Shown piece after piece: positions 41,213-54,069 of a stretch of 64,000 nucleotides of DNA (positions are counted from its first letter, which is position 1; the number at the start of each line of letters is the position of its first letter). Where the stretch lies: the NCBI GenBank assembly GCA_964016885.1, contig OZ024755.1:12338001-12402000 (forward strand), written 5' to 3'. This DNA is from Eledone cirrhosa. Taxonomy: Eukaryota. The position numbers and the translations under genes are program-made. The notes under the pieces were generated by a model. That model worked only from the letters and a program-made list of their open reading frames with translations, searched no databases and was not told the DNA's origin.

Positions 41213-42540
41213 CAGACTGAAAAATGTATAATTAGAAAGAAAGAAGTGTAGAATTAAGGAACAAAGAACAACAGACAACAATAACCCTCAACACTGATCA
41301 CAGCTAGGTCGTAAGTTCAATACCAACAATTGGATTGCTTTAAATTACATTTGTGGGCTTGTTCTTGTTGTTTAACATCATAACATTCATCATTCAGGTT
41401 ATCCTAGACCCATACATAGAAAAGAATTTATATATATATAACAAAGAAAGTGTGGTGAAAACCAGGTGGACCATAACGTACCAGAGTACTCGATACTTAG
41501 GGTAGTAGAGTAGGTAATAGGAAAAGAGTCAGGACCCCGATGGCTGAGCTCTAGTCGTTTCAACAGTGTTTGGATCTAGCTGTCGAAACGGCCGGAGCTC
41601 AGCTGTCGGGGTCCTGACTCTTTTCCTATATATATATATATATATATACATACACAAGTAAAAATGGTCTGAATGTGGGTGTATATATATAAATATATAT
41701 ATATGTGTGTATGTATATGCATGCCTACTAACATAAGATATGAATGTGTGTGTGTATATATATATATGTATATATATAACTGAGGGTTCATGCTTAAAGA
41801 TGTGTGTGAAAATTAAACCTCTCCGTTGTCATCTAAAATATTCACAAATTGAAAAGATCATCCCATTTATTCCATTATATATTTGAATGTGCTTTTTTTT
41901 TCTTAAAATATATATAAAAAAAAAAAACACAAACACACATACATAAAAACAAACAAACAACTCAAAGTTCTCATACAAAAAATATAAAAAAGTTTTTTTC
42001 AGCAACTCACCCCAACATCTACTTTTAAAAAATCCCCCAAAAAACAAGAGAAAACCCACAGGAAAAAATCATTATATACATCAACGGGTTTTTTTTTATG
42101 GTATCTTTCTTTTTTCTCTAAAAGACATTGATGCTATCTGATCATTCTAGGCACCACTGTTTCTGTTCTCCTTTGAAGAAATTGCATTAATTATGTAGAA
42201 AAAAAATGATTTTTTATATAATATATATGTATATATATATATGAATATATATATTATACATGTCTATATATATATATATCAATATATATCATATATATGT
42301 ATAAATATATATATATATATGTATCAATATATATGTATATATCATATATATATATGTGTGTACATATATTATATATGCCCATTTAATTGTGTCCCTCATT
42401 ATTTAGAAATATAAACACATTTCTTTAAAATGTTTTTCTTTTTTTTTAACTAGTTCAGCTCAGTTTTTTTTTTTTTTCTTTGTCAAATTTTATTTTTATA
42501 TTATTGCTTTTTAAAATGGCAAAAAATATCTTTTTAGTTG

Positions 42541-42572
<32 letters not shown>

Positions 42573-42841
42573 TACATATTTATGATATATATACATATAT
42601 CATATATATATGTATACTTAAGATATATCATATATATACGTATGATATATATGACATATATATATACTTATGATACATATGCATATAAATACTTATGATG
42701 CATATATCATATGCATACTTAGGTTATATCATATATATACACACTTATGATATATTCATATATCATATATATATATATATACTTGATATATTTACATATG
42801 TATATATATATATACATACAAATGATATATATATATTGGCG

Positions 42842-42886
<45 letters not shown>

Positions 42887-43056
42887 GATATAAGTATATA
42901 TACATAAAATATCACCATTTTATGTCTCTTAAAAAGGTGATAATGGTATAATATATATATTATATTTTATATATATTCATTTAATTTCTAGACGTGTCAA
43001 CATTATTAGTTATTAATTATTAATATTAATTATTATTATTAGGATTATGAAAAGTT

Positions 43057-43448
43057 TCAGGACGTAATTGATTTGGTCGGACTAGAAATGTCTTCCATCA
43101 AAGTCCTTTCACACTGGCTATTCTCGTCATCTAAACATGTTTGCTTACTGTTTGCATGTTTCAGGTTTGATGACGTTCTCTGACTGAACGTTGATAGAGC
43201 TGATGATGTACTGTCACTACCTAGATTTACATGGTGATTCGTTGCTGGTGCAGCTTTGTACATGAGCAGCGCTAGGAAGAAAAACAAACAAGAGAGTGCC
43301 TTGACGACCAGGGTGAGAGCCATTAAATATAGACCCATGCGTTCGTTGTCGTAGACATAACAGGAACCGTTCTCATGGCATGTCTGTTGCCAAAACTGGC
43401 AAGTTAGGTCAATCATTTTACCAAACATAATTGGTCCGGGAATTGATC
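43057..43448 (-). CDS. SLCO4A1: SLCO/OATP transporter (SLCO4A1-like), terminal coding exon
   Basis: Acceptor tttctcatag, then (G)SIPGPIMFGKMIDLTCQFWQQTCHENGSCYVYDN...ITS-stop. Typical OATP TM11-12 motif; phase matches the upstream exon. Subfamily assigned from recalled motif similarity. Confidence 0.92.
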
Positions 43449-44109
43449 CTATGAGAAATGAAAAAAAAAAAAAAAAAAAGAAAATTAATAAAGCCATGTT
43501 GAAAGTATATTAGCTTTATGTAAGCTGCTGCAACGCAGGTTTAATAATAAAACAGTTGAATAAGTTAGGTATACAACCTCCTGGAGATGGAAATAAATTG
43601 GACAGTTACCTGTGAAGATTGAACTTGTATTTGCCGTATATTCGGCAACTATGCTAATATTACACCAAAGCAGGACTGACAATTTATCCAGCAATTTTAA
43701 GCCTTATCTAACACCCAGAAAATGTAAACATGGAAACAGCACTATAAAAAAAAGCATTTATTATAACCATTATTATTATTAGTTTTAAATGTAGGCATAA
43801 GTCCACTAATTAGGGAGAGTGGGAGTAGTTGATTATACTGACTTAGTACTTAATTGGTTCTTTATTGTATGGAACCTGGAAGGATGAAAGACAAATTTCA
43901 TCTCAGAAAATATAGTTGCAACAAATACCACAAGGTATTTCTCCATTGCTCTAGGGATTCAATCAATCCACTGCCCACATAATTGTTTATTATTTAGTCA
44001 CTAAGCCAGAAATATGTGGAGAGGGTAAAGTTGATTAAATCTCCCCCAGTACTTGACTGGTACCATGGGAAATGAGTGTAAGCCTTAATAAAATTTTTTT
44101 GTTTATTAT

Positions 44110-44497
44110 CTCAACTCTTCTCCTCCTTCGCTCACTTATTCCTGAGAAGGTCGTTGGGACAGGGTCCTCAAACACTCCTCCCAGCGGGTCCTGTCAGAAG
44201 CAACCATCTCCAACTGATCCGGCTGGATACCCAAGTGTGACCAGCCAAGCTTATGGATGTTATCCAACCATCTTGCTCGGGTTCTACCCCTGGGTTACTT
44301 GTCAGTTGGTCTTTGCCAGTAAAATCTGTCCAGTAATTCTTTCCTGAAGCATTCTAACCACCTGTAGAAACTTGGTGAGGTTGCCAGCCAGTTTAGTCGC
44401 TGACGACGCCACCATGTGACAGATTGTACTGGGTTTCATGCTACCAGTAGCACTCGAGAGTGACCTGACTGCAGGACAAAAAACAAAACCTGACAAA
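44110..44497 (-). mobile_element. Short non-autonomous RTE derivative (putative 5' UTR fused to 3' end)
   Basis: Minus strand encodes GRTRARWLDNIHKLGWSHLGI..VASDRTRWEECL..RP-stop (RTE C-terminus). The other end is shared with 39404-39592. Confidence 0.65.
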
Positions 44498-44965
44498 GAG
44501 CAGAAAAACTCACAACAGTCAACGGCCATCTAAAAAAAAAAAAATATCCTTCGAAATCAATGGGTGGCAGTAGTTCCAGCTGCATGCATCGAAAGACTGG
44601 TGTAGTGTTTCTGAGAACAATGCGGCTCTACCTGGAGTTACTCTCTGATCTCCAAGCTACACTCTATTGAGTAACCTTACTCCAAAGACACTTTGGAGGA
44701 ACCCCATTTATATAAACTCTAATATCGTAATGTTACTTGCTATATTGACCTAAGTAAAATGGAATAATAAATCGATGATGAAATAATTGGAACTATACAA
44801 TATCAAACTAGTAAACATAACTCTTCCATTGTTATATTTCTAATGAATATAAGACTGATTATTTTCAAAATGATTTTAAAATCATAGAAGATTTAGTAAC
44901 AACTAACTTTATCATTAATTAAGCTTGTGTCTAAAACATAACTTAAATGTTCTGACAGAATTATA

Positions 44966-45145
44966 ATCGTTTCTACTTTTGGCACAAGACCAGCAATTAT
45001 CCCAGTACATTACTGGTACTTTATTTTATCGACACCGTAAGGATGAAAGACAAAGTTAACCTCGGCCGGATTTGAACTCAGAATATAAAGGGCCATAACT
45101 CTACGCTGCAAAGCATGGTATCTGACGTTCTACTGATACTGCCAA
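44966..45145 (-). mobile_element. tRNA-derived SINE, near full length (intronic)
   Basis: Complete family sequence including A/B boxes. Confidence 0.85.
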
Positions 45146-45494
45146 TCTTCCTGACATAGAATTATAATGAAGGTTTTCACATAAAGTGTTTTGTATAATA
45201 AAATCAGGGTCGGTATCAGCTGGTTTCATATCAAAAGCGTTAAAGTACATCATCATCATCATCAACAACAACAACGACAACACTTTATGTATTTCTCCAT
45301 ATCCACACGTGTTGGATGGGTCTTTTCCAGCACAGCTTCTCTCCACTTGGGGGTATCTACACTTCTCTCTTGAATAATAATTACCTTCTCATTAAATGTA
45401 CCAGAGGAAGATAATGACAATGTGAAACTGATGATGCTAGTTCCTCTTAATGGCCAAGAAAACATTTAGAAGAAGATAGTAACTGGAATCTTAC

Positions 45495-45732
45495 CAAAAC
45501 ATCGGGCTAAGATCCATTGTATTCCTAACCCGAAGGATCGTTGCTTCTGTGGAACACATCGTAGTGTTGCTGTTAGTGCTGGCATACTAATGGTAAATGT
45601 TACTAACATGATCATGGCGAAGAATGGCATGAACAATGACAAATGGTTGCACTGGTTTGGACATTTGCCAGAAATGGCAACATAATCTAATTTTGAGGTG
45701 GATGGCTGGATACAGCTGCAGTTGGCGTATTT
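45495..45732 (-). CDS. SLCO4A1: SLCO4A1-like exon (end of Kazal loop, TM10-11)
   Basis: ttttcag|KYANCSCI...GKCPNQC...TATLRCVPQKQRSFGLGIQWILARCF|gtaag; 238 bp, phase 0 to 1. Confidence 0.92.
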
Positions 45733-45903
45733 CTGAAAAGAAATTGAAATTAGTAGAGTTAGCAATAATCTAGTATTGAATAAATAACAATAGGTGCACA
45801 ATGATGCAGTAAATTTATATAAGGTGTGTAGATAATCATAGCAATACCATAACCATAATAGTATTAAAGTTGGTTGATTATTAGGCACTCCTAACTCTCT
45901 TAA

Positions 45904-46121
45904 CCCTTTAGCATTCACATTATTCTATATATACTATTATATTTTCATGGAAAAGGTTTTACCTCGCCTAAATATCTCACATAATATCGAATCTGAGATT
46001 TTGAAAGTATTTATTTTAAGAACAATACCTTCACATCAGTTTGAGCGACTAGTTACAGCCGGTTTCAACAGAAAGAGGTAGAGAATTCTGGCCAGTTTTG
46101 GCCGGTTTGAACATTAAAGGG
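45904..46121 (+). mobile_element. piggyBac-type MITE
   Basis: TTAA|CCCTTTA...TAAAGGG|TTAA. Confidence 0.85.
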
Positions 46122-46920
46122 TTAATTGTTCTCTTCTTGTTATCAATATTGTGTTCACATACTATTCTCCATATGTACAGTCCACCTGAATGGCCACCAG
46201 CCTTGGCTACGGTATATTACTTTACACCCCAGGACATCAGCTCTCTGATATTCACTCCCTGTCTTGAGATTTCTGTCAGTCATCACCGACCAAGGGTTTG
46301 CACCTGGAAAGTTCTTTTCCAAAGCACAAGCATTGGCAAAGTGTTTTCTCTAAATCACCAGTCACTAATAAATGAAAATAATTTTCCCCACTAAACAGTT
46401 ACAAATTATCAAGAGTTATAACTATTTCATATCATCATCATTATTTAATTAATGCATTTCCATGCTGGTGTGGGTAGAGAAGGCTGTCACAGAACAAGTT
46501 AATACTTAATAAAAGCTATTGCCTTTCCAGATGGGGTAATATCTTGCTTACATATTTTCCGATTTTTGGATAGTTTCAACAGCTGGATGTCCTTGCTATC
46601 ACTAATCATTTACAGAGTGTACTGGGTGCATTTTATCATAGCACTTGTACTAGCGATGATGTCATGTTCTTGACAACTGAAAACCTTTTGTTTAGCATCC
46701 AGATAAAATTGATTAAATCAACCACAGTAATTAACCGGTACTTTATTTTATCGATTCCAGAAAGCTGAAATAAAGTTGACCTCAGAAGGATTTGACCTCA
46801 GAATGTAGAAAGTTGCAACTAAATACCGCAAAGTATTTTGTCCAACGCTCTACCAATTCTGCCAATCCACCAGCCTTGCAGAGAAATAATACCAGCACAA
46901 ATAGAATCAGTGATACAAAC

Positions 46921-47077
46921 CTTTGTGTATCCCTGAATGACAGTTTTACAGCCAGCATAACAAGGTGAAAAATATATAGAACCATCGTGACTACATATCG
47001 GATCATAATCTTTATTGGAACAATGGCAGTCGGCGTTACAACTGGACTTTAGCTGACCAATGGTAAACGGGGAAGTT
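46921..47077 (-). CDS. SLCO4A1: SLCO4A1-like exon (Kazal-like extracellular loop)
   Basis: tttgtag|..CNADCHCSNKDYDPICSHDGSIYFSPCYAGC..YTK|gtttgt; 157 bp. Read manually; this frame is not in the ORF track. Confidence 0.92.
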
Positions 47078-48947
47078 CTACAAAGTAAGATTTGGAAAAT
47101 GTAGACATAATGTAGATATATATATTTCTAACATAAATTCAAGATTACACATATGAGTGGATGAAATGTGGTGGATATTCATTAGTTCCACAAATACTGA
47201 GGTATTTAAACCAATGCTCTAACAATTCAGCTAACTTGCCACCTATAATTAGAACAGCATTTATTTAACAAGCCTAGATAGATGAAGTCAATCTCAGCAG
47301 GATTTGAACTGAAAACTTCAAGGTTTGTAGTTAGTTAGCATAAGGCATTATATCCAGCACTGTATTGATTCTGTTTGCTAAATCCTTGCTATTGTCAAAG
47401 AATACAAATCAGTATTGGCACTTTATGGATACCCGAGTGTTTATGAACATAAAATTAATAAGACAGACACATAACCAATATGATAGACACATAACCAATA
47501 AAATAGACACATAACCGATACAATGAACATAAAACCAATAAAATAGATATAAAACCAATAATTATATATAAACAGCGAATATTTAATAGAAACAAACCAA
47601 GTCAATGTATTTATAATTGATACAATAATAATGTCTTGTACATAAACCTCTAGTAAAGAAGATGTCATAGTTGCAACAGCTTTCTACCTCTCCATATCTT
47701 TGTATTTTTATTGAAGTCTGCAAAGTCTTTTAAACTGCATGGGTTGGGAAGTAGCTAGGAGAGGAGACAGTATTGCTCCATAGTCTGAATACTTCTCTAC
47801 ATTTGCCCAACACATATTTTATGTCAAATGGCACCTCTACGCCCTTACGAGTTAAAGACCCATAGATAGATGCATACATAAACAATTGCTCTCACACATT
47901 ACACAGCCACACATACACAATATATATTAACATTATAACCAGAAATGAAAAATAGAATAAATTAACTGAGGTTTAAAATGGCCAAGACGGGCACCGTAAG
48001 TCACAATGGCACCCAACAACTCCATCAGAAGTTAAGATATATATATATATATATATATAATTAATAGTTTCTAATTTAGGTACAAGGTCAACAATTTTGA
48101 GGGAAGAGGAAGGTCGATTATATCGACTCCAGTACTTTACTGGTATTTTAATTTATTGATCCTCAGATGGATGAATGGCAAAGTTGGCCTTGACAGGATT
48201 TGAACTCAAAACATAAAGATGACTAGAAGCAGGGCATCTAGCCATAGAAACCAAGCCAAAATCAGTCCTGTGTGAGCAAAACATGGTCCTCCGAACTGAT
48301 CTCTCACACGCTAGCATGGAGAATGGATTTTAACAATGATGATGATGATATATATATACATATATATTCTCACACCCACATCTAAACAATATATATGAAG
48401 AAATGAACTATGGTTTAACCTAAACAAGAGAGTGCCCTACGTCATCAAGGTAACTATGACACCATTAAGAGTTAAGAGCATCTTGCTAGATAGAAGGGTG
48501 GACACATATACAAATATATGTTAACATACACATGTGCACACACGTAATCAATGCTGAATTAAAAACTGATGAACCACTAAGTTATATAAAGCTTGCAAGA
48601 CCTTTATTAAAAATTACACCAGAAGGTTTGACAAAAAATTAAAGCATATATGCCTTTTGTTTATTTTGGGGGTCTTTCTTTACCTGACGCCCTAAACACA
48701 TGGGTATTTTGCTTAATGGTTCATCCAGCGCTACACACAATATATGACAAGCAGTGCTGGATTATATGGCAGGGCCTGTATTTTATACTACAAAGGGGCA
48801 CCAAATTAAAAAAAATGCAACAAAGGTTAAAGGCAATATAGTACCCTAGTTCGAAGTATATAGCATAGGGACTCTGAAAATGCTGGGTCTGTAACACATG
48901 TTACTTTGTTACAAGATTAATACAGCACTTATATAAGGACATAACAT

Positions 48948-49121
48948 AATTGTTTCTATTTTTGGCACAAGGCGATTACTAGTGCATTACTGGTACTTTA
49001 CTTTATCGTCCTCATAAGGATGAAAGGCAATGCCAACCTCGGCAGGATTTGAACTCAGAACGTAAAGGGTCATAACTCAATGCTGCAAAGCATGGTGTCT
49101 GATGGTCTGATGATACTGCCA
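48948..49121 (-). mobile_element. tRNA-derived SINE (intronic)
   Basis: ttggcacaagg...aggatgaaaggc...gatttgaactcag...gatactgcca. Confidence 0.8.
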
Positions 49122-49227
49122 CAAGAACAGCGCCACAAGAACATAACATAATATCTGGAAGATGGAAGAATTCAAATGTCAATGAATAAATAGAAAGACG
49201 AACGGACAGACAGAAAGACAAGCTTAC

Positions 49228-49426
49228 CTGTTCATAGAATAGGGTACGTTGATACCAGCGAATGTATTATTTTGACACCGTAATAGAAATATCAACATTA
49301 ATAGAAGTAAGACTGTAGAGAGAGCTAAACACATTCGTATAATACCCCGAACTCTGAGTTTTAACATCCGAACTAAGACACCACCAAGAAATGTGCCACC
49401 ACCTCCTGCTGGTACAAGAGCGTAAC
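49228..49426 (-). CDS. SLCO4A1: SLCO4A1-like exon (TM8-9)
   Basis: ctttatag|GYALVPAGGGGTFLGGVLVRMLKL...CQNNTFAGINVPYSMN|gtaagc; 199 bp. VPAGGGGTFLGG is typical of OATP4. Confidence 0.92.
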
Positions 49427-49479
49427 CTATAAAGACAAACAGGAAATAAATAGATAGCGGTTACATAGGTTGAATATAT

Positions 49480-49621
49480 AAGAGAGAGAAGAGAGGAGAG
49501 ATAGAGAAGTGGGGAGAGGAGAGATAGAGAAGTGGGGAGAGGAGAGATAGAGAAGTGGGGAGAGGAGAGATAGAGAAGTGGGGAGAGAGAGAGGGGGGAA
49601 CGGAGAGAGAGAGGGGGAACG

Positions 49622-49656
<35 letters not shown>

Positions 49657-50349
49657 GAAGGAAGGAAGGAGAGAGAGAGAGAGAGAGAGATGAGAAGGAA
49701 GGAAGGAGAGAGAGAGATGAGAAGGAAGGAGAGAGAGAGATGAGAAGGAAGGAGAGAGAGAGAGATGAGAATGAAGGAGAGAGAGAGAGAGATGAGAATG
49801 AAGGAGAGAGAGAGAGAGAGATGAGAATGAAGGAGAGAGAGAGAGAGATGAGAATGAAGGAGAGAGAGAGAGAATGAAGGAGAGAGAGAGAGAGAGAATG
49901 AAGGAGAGAGAGAGAGAGAGAATGAAGGAGAGAGAGAGAGAGAGAATGAAGGAGAGAGAGAGAGAGAGAGAATGAAGGAGAGAGAGAGAGAGAGAATGAA
50001 GGAGAGAGAGAGAGAGAGAATGAAGGAGAGAGAGAGAGAGAGAATGAAGGAGAGAGAGAGAGAGAGAGAATGAAGGAGAGAGAGAGAGAGAGAATGAAGG
50101 AGAGAGAGAGAGAGAGAGAATGAAGGAGAGAGAGAGAATGAAGGAGAGAGAGAGAGAGAGAGAATGAAGGAGAGAGAGAGAGAGAATGAAGGAGAGAGAG
50201 AGAGAGAGAATGAAGGAGAGAGAGAGAGAGAGAATGAAGGAGAGAGAGAGAGAGAGAATGAAGGAGAGAGAGAGAGAGAATGAAGGAGAGAGAGAGAGAG
50301 AATGAAGGAGAGAGAGAGAGAGAATGAAGGAGAGAGAGAGAGAGAATGA

Positions 50350-50386
<37 letters not shown>

Positions 50387-50409
50387 GGGGAGAGAGAGAG
50401 AGAATGAAG

Positions 50410-50450
<41 letters not shown>

Positions 50451-50451
50451 A

Positions 50452-50486
<35 letters not shown>

Positions 50487-50560
50487 ATGGAGAGAGAAGG
50501 ATGGAGAGAGAGAGAGAAGGAAGGAGAGAGAGAGAAGTGGAAGGAGAAAGAAGGAGAGCG
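49480..50560. repeat. Polypurine (GA)n tract punctuated by ATGAAGG
   Basis: ~1.1 kb, nearly all purine on the + strand. Confidence 0.95.
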
Positions 50561-50626
50561 AAAGAGGGTTAGAAAATATTTAAGTGAAAGAGTTGTTAGA
50601 CCAAGTGAGAAAGTATATTGACTTAC

Positions 50627-50716
50627 CGACATATACAGCAGAGACTGACGCAGACAAACTAAATTGAGATTCTATAAATTTAGGAGCAAACGTAGCAAAC
50701 CCACTCAGTATAATGC
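50627..50716 (-). CDS. SLCO4A1: SLCO4A1-like exon
   Basis: ccttctag|IILSGFATFAPKFIESQFSLSASVSAVYV|gtaagt; 90 bp. OATP F.PK.IE.QF motif. Confidence 0.9.
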
Positions 50717-51053
50717 CTAGAAGGAAGTAGAATAGAACAACAAGAGAAGATCATTAAGGGTCATAATTAGAGCAAGATACTACTACTTTTAAAAAGTAAA
50801 ATACATGAATACAACAACTGGAGCACTCATCGTTGAAACCGACGGAGGTTCTACCTCAATTAAGTATAGCCTCAATATCTTAATATTGCTGTTATATATA
50901 AGGCAGCAATCTTGTGGATTCCCTTCCATCTCTTTCCCACAACTAGACTTGGGAACCCATACAAGGTCATAAGTACCAGCCCTTCCTCCTCTGAGGAAGC
51001 CATGAAAAAGGAAATTGTGGAATAGAACAGAATAATAAGGTAATTAATAACTA

Positions 51054-51237
51054 TGGCAGTACCGGTAGAGGGTCGGACGCCATGCTTTACGGCATAGAGT
51101 TACGGCCCTTTACGGTCTGAGTTCAAATCCCGCCGAGGTTAACTTTGCCTTTCATCCTTACGGGGTCGATAAAATAAAGTGCCAGTAATGCACTGGGGGT
51201 AATTGCTGGCCTTGTGCCAAATGTAGAAACAATTATT
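51054..51237 (+). mobile_element. tRNA-derived SINE, full length and close to consensus
   Basis: TGGCAGTACCGG A box, GAGTTCAAATCC B box, core gcctttcatccttacggggtcgataaaataaagt, tail. Further copies at 51398-51530 (+) and 51545-51660 (-). Confidence 0.9.
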
Positions 51238-51705
51238 ACTTTGAAATATATGAAAACAATAATAATGTTTAGGACCTCCATCGGTTCAGGCGACCAGTGC
51301 TCCAGAAAAAGGTGTTTACAAATAACAAAATGAAACCTCTAACTCTGAATTCCATACCACCAGCACCAACAGCACTTCAGTATGTGATTGGTACCATAGT
51401 TACGTCCCTTTACGATCTGAGTTCAAATCCCGCCGAGGTTGACTTTGCCTTTCATCCTTACGGGGTCGATAAAATAAAGTACCAGCAATGCACTGGGTAA
51501 TTGCTGGCCTTGTGCCTAAAGTAGAAACAAGTATGTGATTGGTACCATACTTTATTTCATCGACTCCGAGAAAGATGAAAGGCAAAGTTAACCTCGATGC
51601 GATTTGAACTCGGCATCTAAAGAGCCAGGACAAATACTACTAAACATTTATTCAACGCTTTAGTGATTAACAGCTCAACTACTTTACATACCAGTAATAA
51701 TGATA

Positions 51706-51955
51706 CTGGGTGAGTCATAAGTAACCGGACAGTCTAACATTTATATTCCAAATGATGATATTTACTAAAGTTCTGGTCATACAATACGAAATCCTAAATA
51801 TAACAAACAAAAGTAATTAAAAATATATAATTAAAGTAAGTGTTCGAAAAGCTGACCCCGTTCCACAATACATTTTGAAGCGGATGTTCAAAAAGTTATC
51901 TGTGAACTTTGCAATAAAAATGCATTGACTGACCGGTTACTTATGACTCGCACTG
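51706..51955. mobile_element. Tc1/mariner MITE
   Basis: TA-flanked TIRs gagtcataagtaaccggacagtc / gactgaccggttacttatgactc. Confidence 0.75.
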
Positions 51956-52009
51956 TATTTTATGCTGTTTATATATTTTGCTTTCTTCAAGGGTATTAAT
52001 CTAAGTTAA

Positions 52010-52217
52010 CCCTTTAGCATTTAAACTGACCATATCCGGCCATAATTCTCTCACTTTTTTCTGTTCAAACTGGCCATAACTGGCCACTCATACTAATGTT
52101 AAGGTATTGTTCTCAAAATTAATAATATCAAAATTCCATAGACTCGATATTATATGAGGTAAAGCCTTTAGCACAAAAATACAATAGTATATATAGAGTA
52201 ATGTAAATGCTAAAGGG
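52010..52217 (-). mobile_element. piggyBac-type MITE
   Basis: TTAA|CCCTTTAGCATTTA...TAAATGCTAAAGGG|TTAA. Confidence 0.85.
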
Positions 52218-52365
52218 TTAAATGAGAAAACGTTAGCTAGAAACAGTTTCCTAGTTATAGCTACAGACTCATTCTAAATATATGATGTTTGACAAGCTAC
52301 CAAAATCTGCAAAGAATGTGTTAAGTTTAAAAAGAGAGCAAAAGAACATTGGCAAAACAACTTAC

Positions 52366-52557
52366 TTTCACAGGCAGCTGATAGATTTAAAAACATGAAG
52401 GTTGGGTTAGACGTAAGTATTTTTAAAGAGCTTAAAATGGCTTTCCAACCCATCTTCATGTTTGTGGAATCAGAGGAGACGTTATTTGGGGACCATTCTT
52501 CGCTGTTCTTCTGGTGGTAAACCTCGGCTTCCCGTTCGGACCGATATTTCGTAGCAC
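52366..52557 (-). CDS. SLCO4A1: SLCO4A1-like exon (central loop, TM7)
   Basis: tctttag|GATKYRSEREAEVY...LKILTSNPTFMFLNLSAACE|gtaagt; 192 bp, phases consistent. Confidence 0.9.
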
Positions 52558-53032
52558 CTAAAGATACAGAGGTTAATGTTGGTCAGTATTGTTGGTCATT
52601 GTTTCACACACAAATACACTGAGGCCCCAAATACATTGCCATAAACATATTTGTATGGGCTTTCAATGATGGGTGTGCACATATAGATGAGCATTCAGAA
52701 AAGTAGTATATATACTCACTAGTGTGTGTGTGTGTTTATATATCTTTTAACGATCGACTTTCGTCAAATCGGACCGAGGGAACAATGTTTCCGTTGGTCT
52801 TTCCAATTGCTAATACTATCTATCGGTCGCAACTCGAGGTAGAAGGAGCAACGTGAAATAAAGTGTCTTGCTCAAGGACATAACGCATCGCCTGGTCCAC
52901 GAATCGAACTCACAACCTTACGATTGCGAATCCAATTCTCTAACCACTCAGCTACACGCTGTTAATATATATATATATGTTCTTGAATGTTTGGTTGGTA
53001 GAGTCCATAACACCAATCAAACCCCTTTTATA

Positions 53033-53077
53033 GCTCTGACGAATCCTACGGTTACGTAACGAAGAAACATTGTAAGC
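53033..53077 (+). ncRNA. Minimal type-I hammerhead ribozyme motif
   Basis: GCT-CTGACGA-atccTACGgttaCGTAacgaa-GAAAC-ATT-GTA-AGC; base of stem II degenerate; insert flanked by (TA)n. Confidence 0.55.
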
Positions 53078-53121
53078 CAATCAAAATCTTTTGATGTTGT
53101 AGACGCTCTTGTGTGTTCTTT

Positions 53122-53159
<38 letters not shown>

Positions 53160-53334
53160 AGTAACACAACACTTACTTCACCATACCGAGAACAATTGTT
53201 TCACCTTATGAAGATCCGCATAAGGTGAAACAATTGTTCTCGGTATGGTGAACTAACTGTTGTGTTACTACTTCTACCTAACTCGTCTCATGGACAATGT
53301 TCTACTACTATGGATATTATCTTCCAGTGTTCTA

Positions 53335-53380
<46 letters not shown>

Positions 53381-54069
53381 AACGAGTAGGACCCCGACGG
53401 CTAATTCTGGACTAAAATCTATTTTAGTCCAGAATTAGCCGTCGAAACGGCTTGAGCTCAGCCGTCGGGGTCCTACTCGTTTCTATTACCCACTCTACTA
53501 CCCTAAGTATTGAGTACTTTGGTGCGTTATGGTCCATCTGGTTCCTTACCACATTTCCTTTGTTATATATATATATATATATATATACAAAGATATTAAA
53601 TAAATGGAGACTATATTTATAAAACCATATTTATTCTATTATATATATTTCAAGGGTACCAAAACTTGGGTACCCAATCACACTGATGATAACACCATAA
53701 ACATCATCATCACCACCACTACTACTATCACCATCGCCGCTATCACACTGACGACAATCACCACCACCACCACTACAACCACCACCATTACCACTACAAC
53801 CACCACCATTACCACTACTACTACAACCACCACCATTACCACTACTACTACAGTCACGACTACCACCATCGCTGCTATCACACCGACGACAACCACCAAC
53901 ACCACCACTACCATCAGTGAACTGTTACCTCTACCAATACCATTATCAGCACTACTACAGCTATCCAAGCTACCACTAAACCATTCCATTACTATATTAC
54001 TAATAAAAGACACTGCCTATGATTTTTATATAATTTTGAAAATAATCAAGAATTTGAAAAGATTTAATA

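Noticed and set aside
49427-50632. 401-aa Ser/Leu ORF
   Set aside because: Translation of an intronic (CT)n tract
51054-51135. tRNA gene
   Set aside because: A/B boxes belong to a multi-copy SINE head; no cloverleaf
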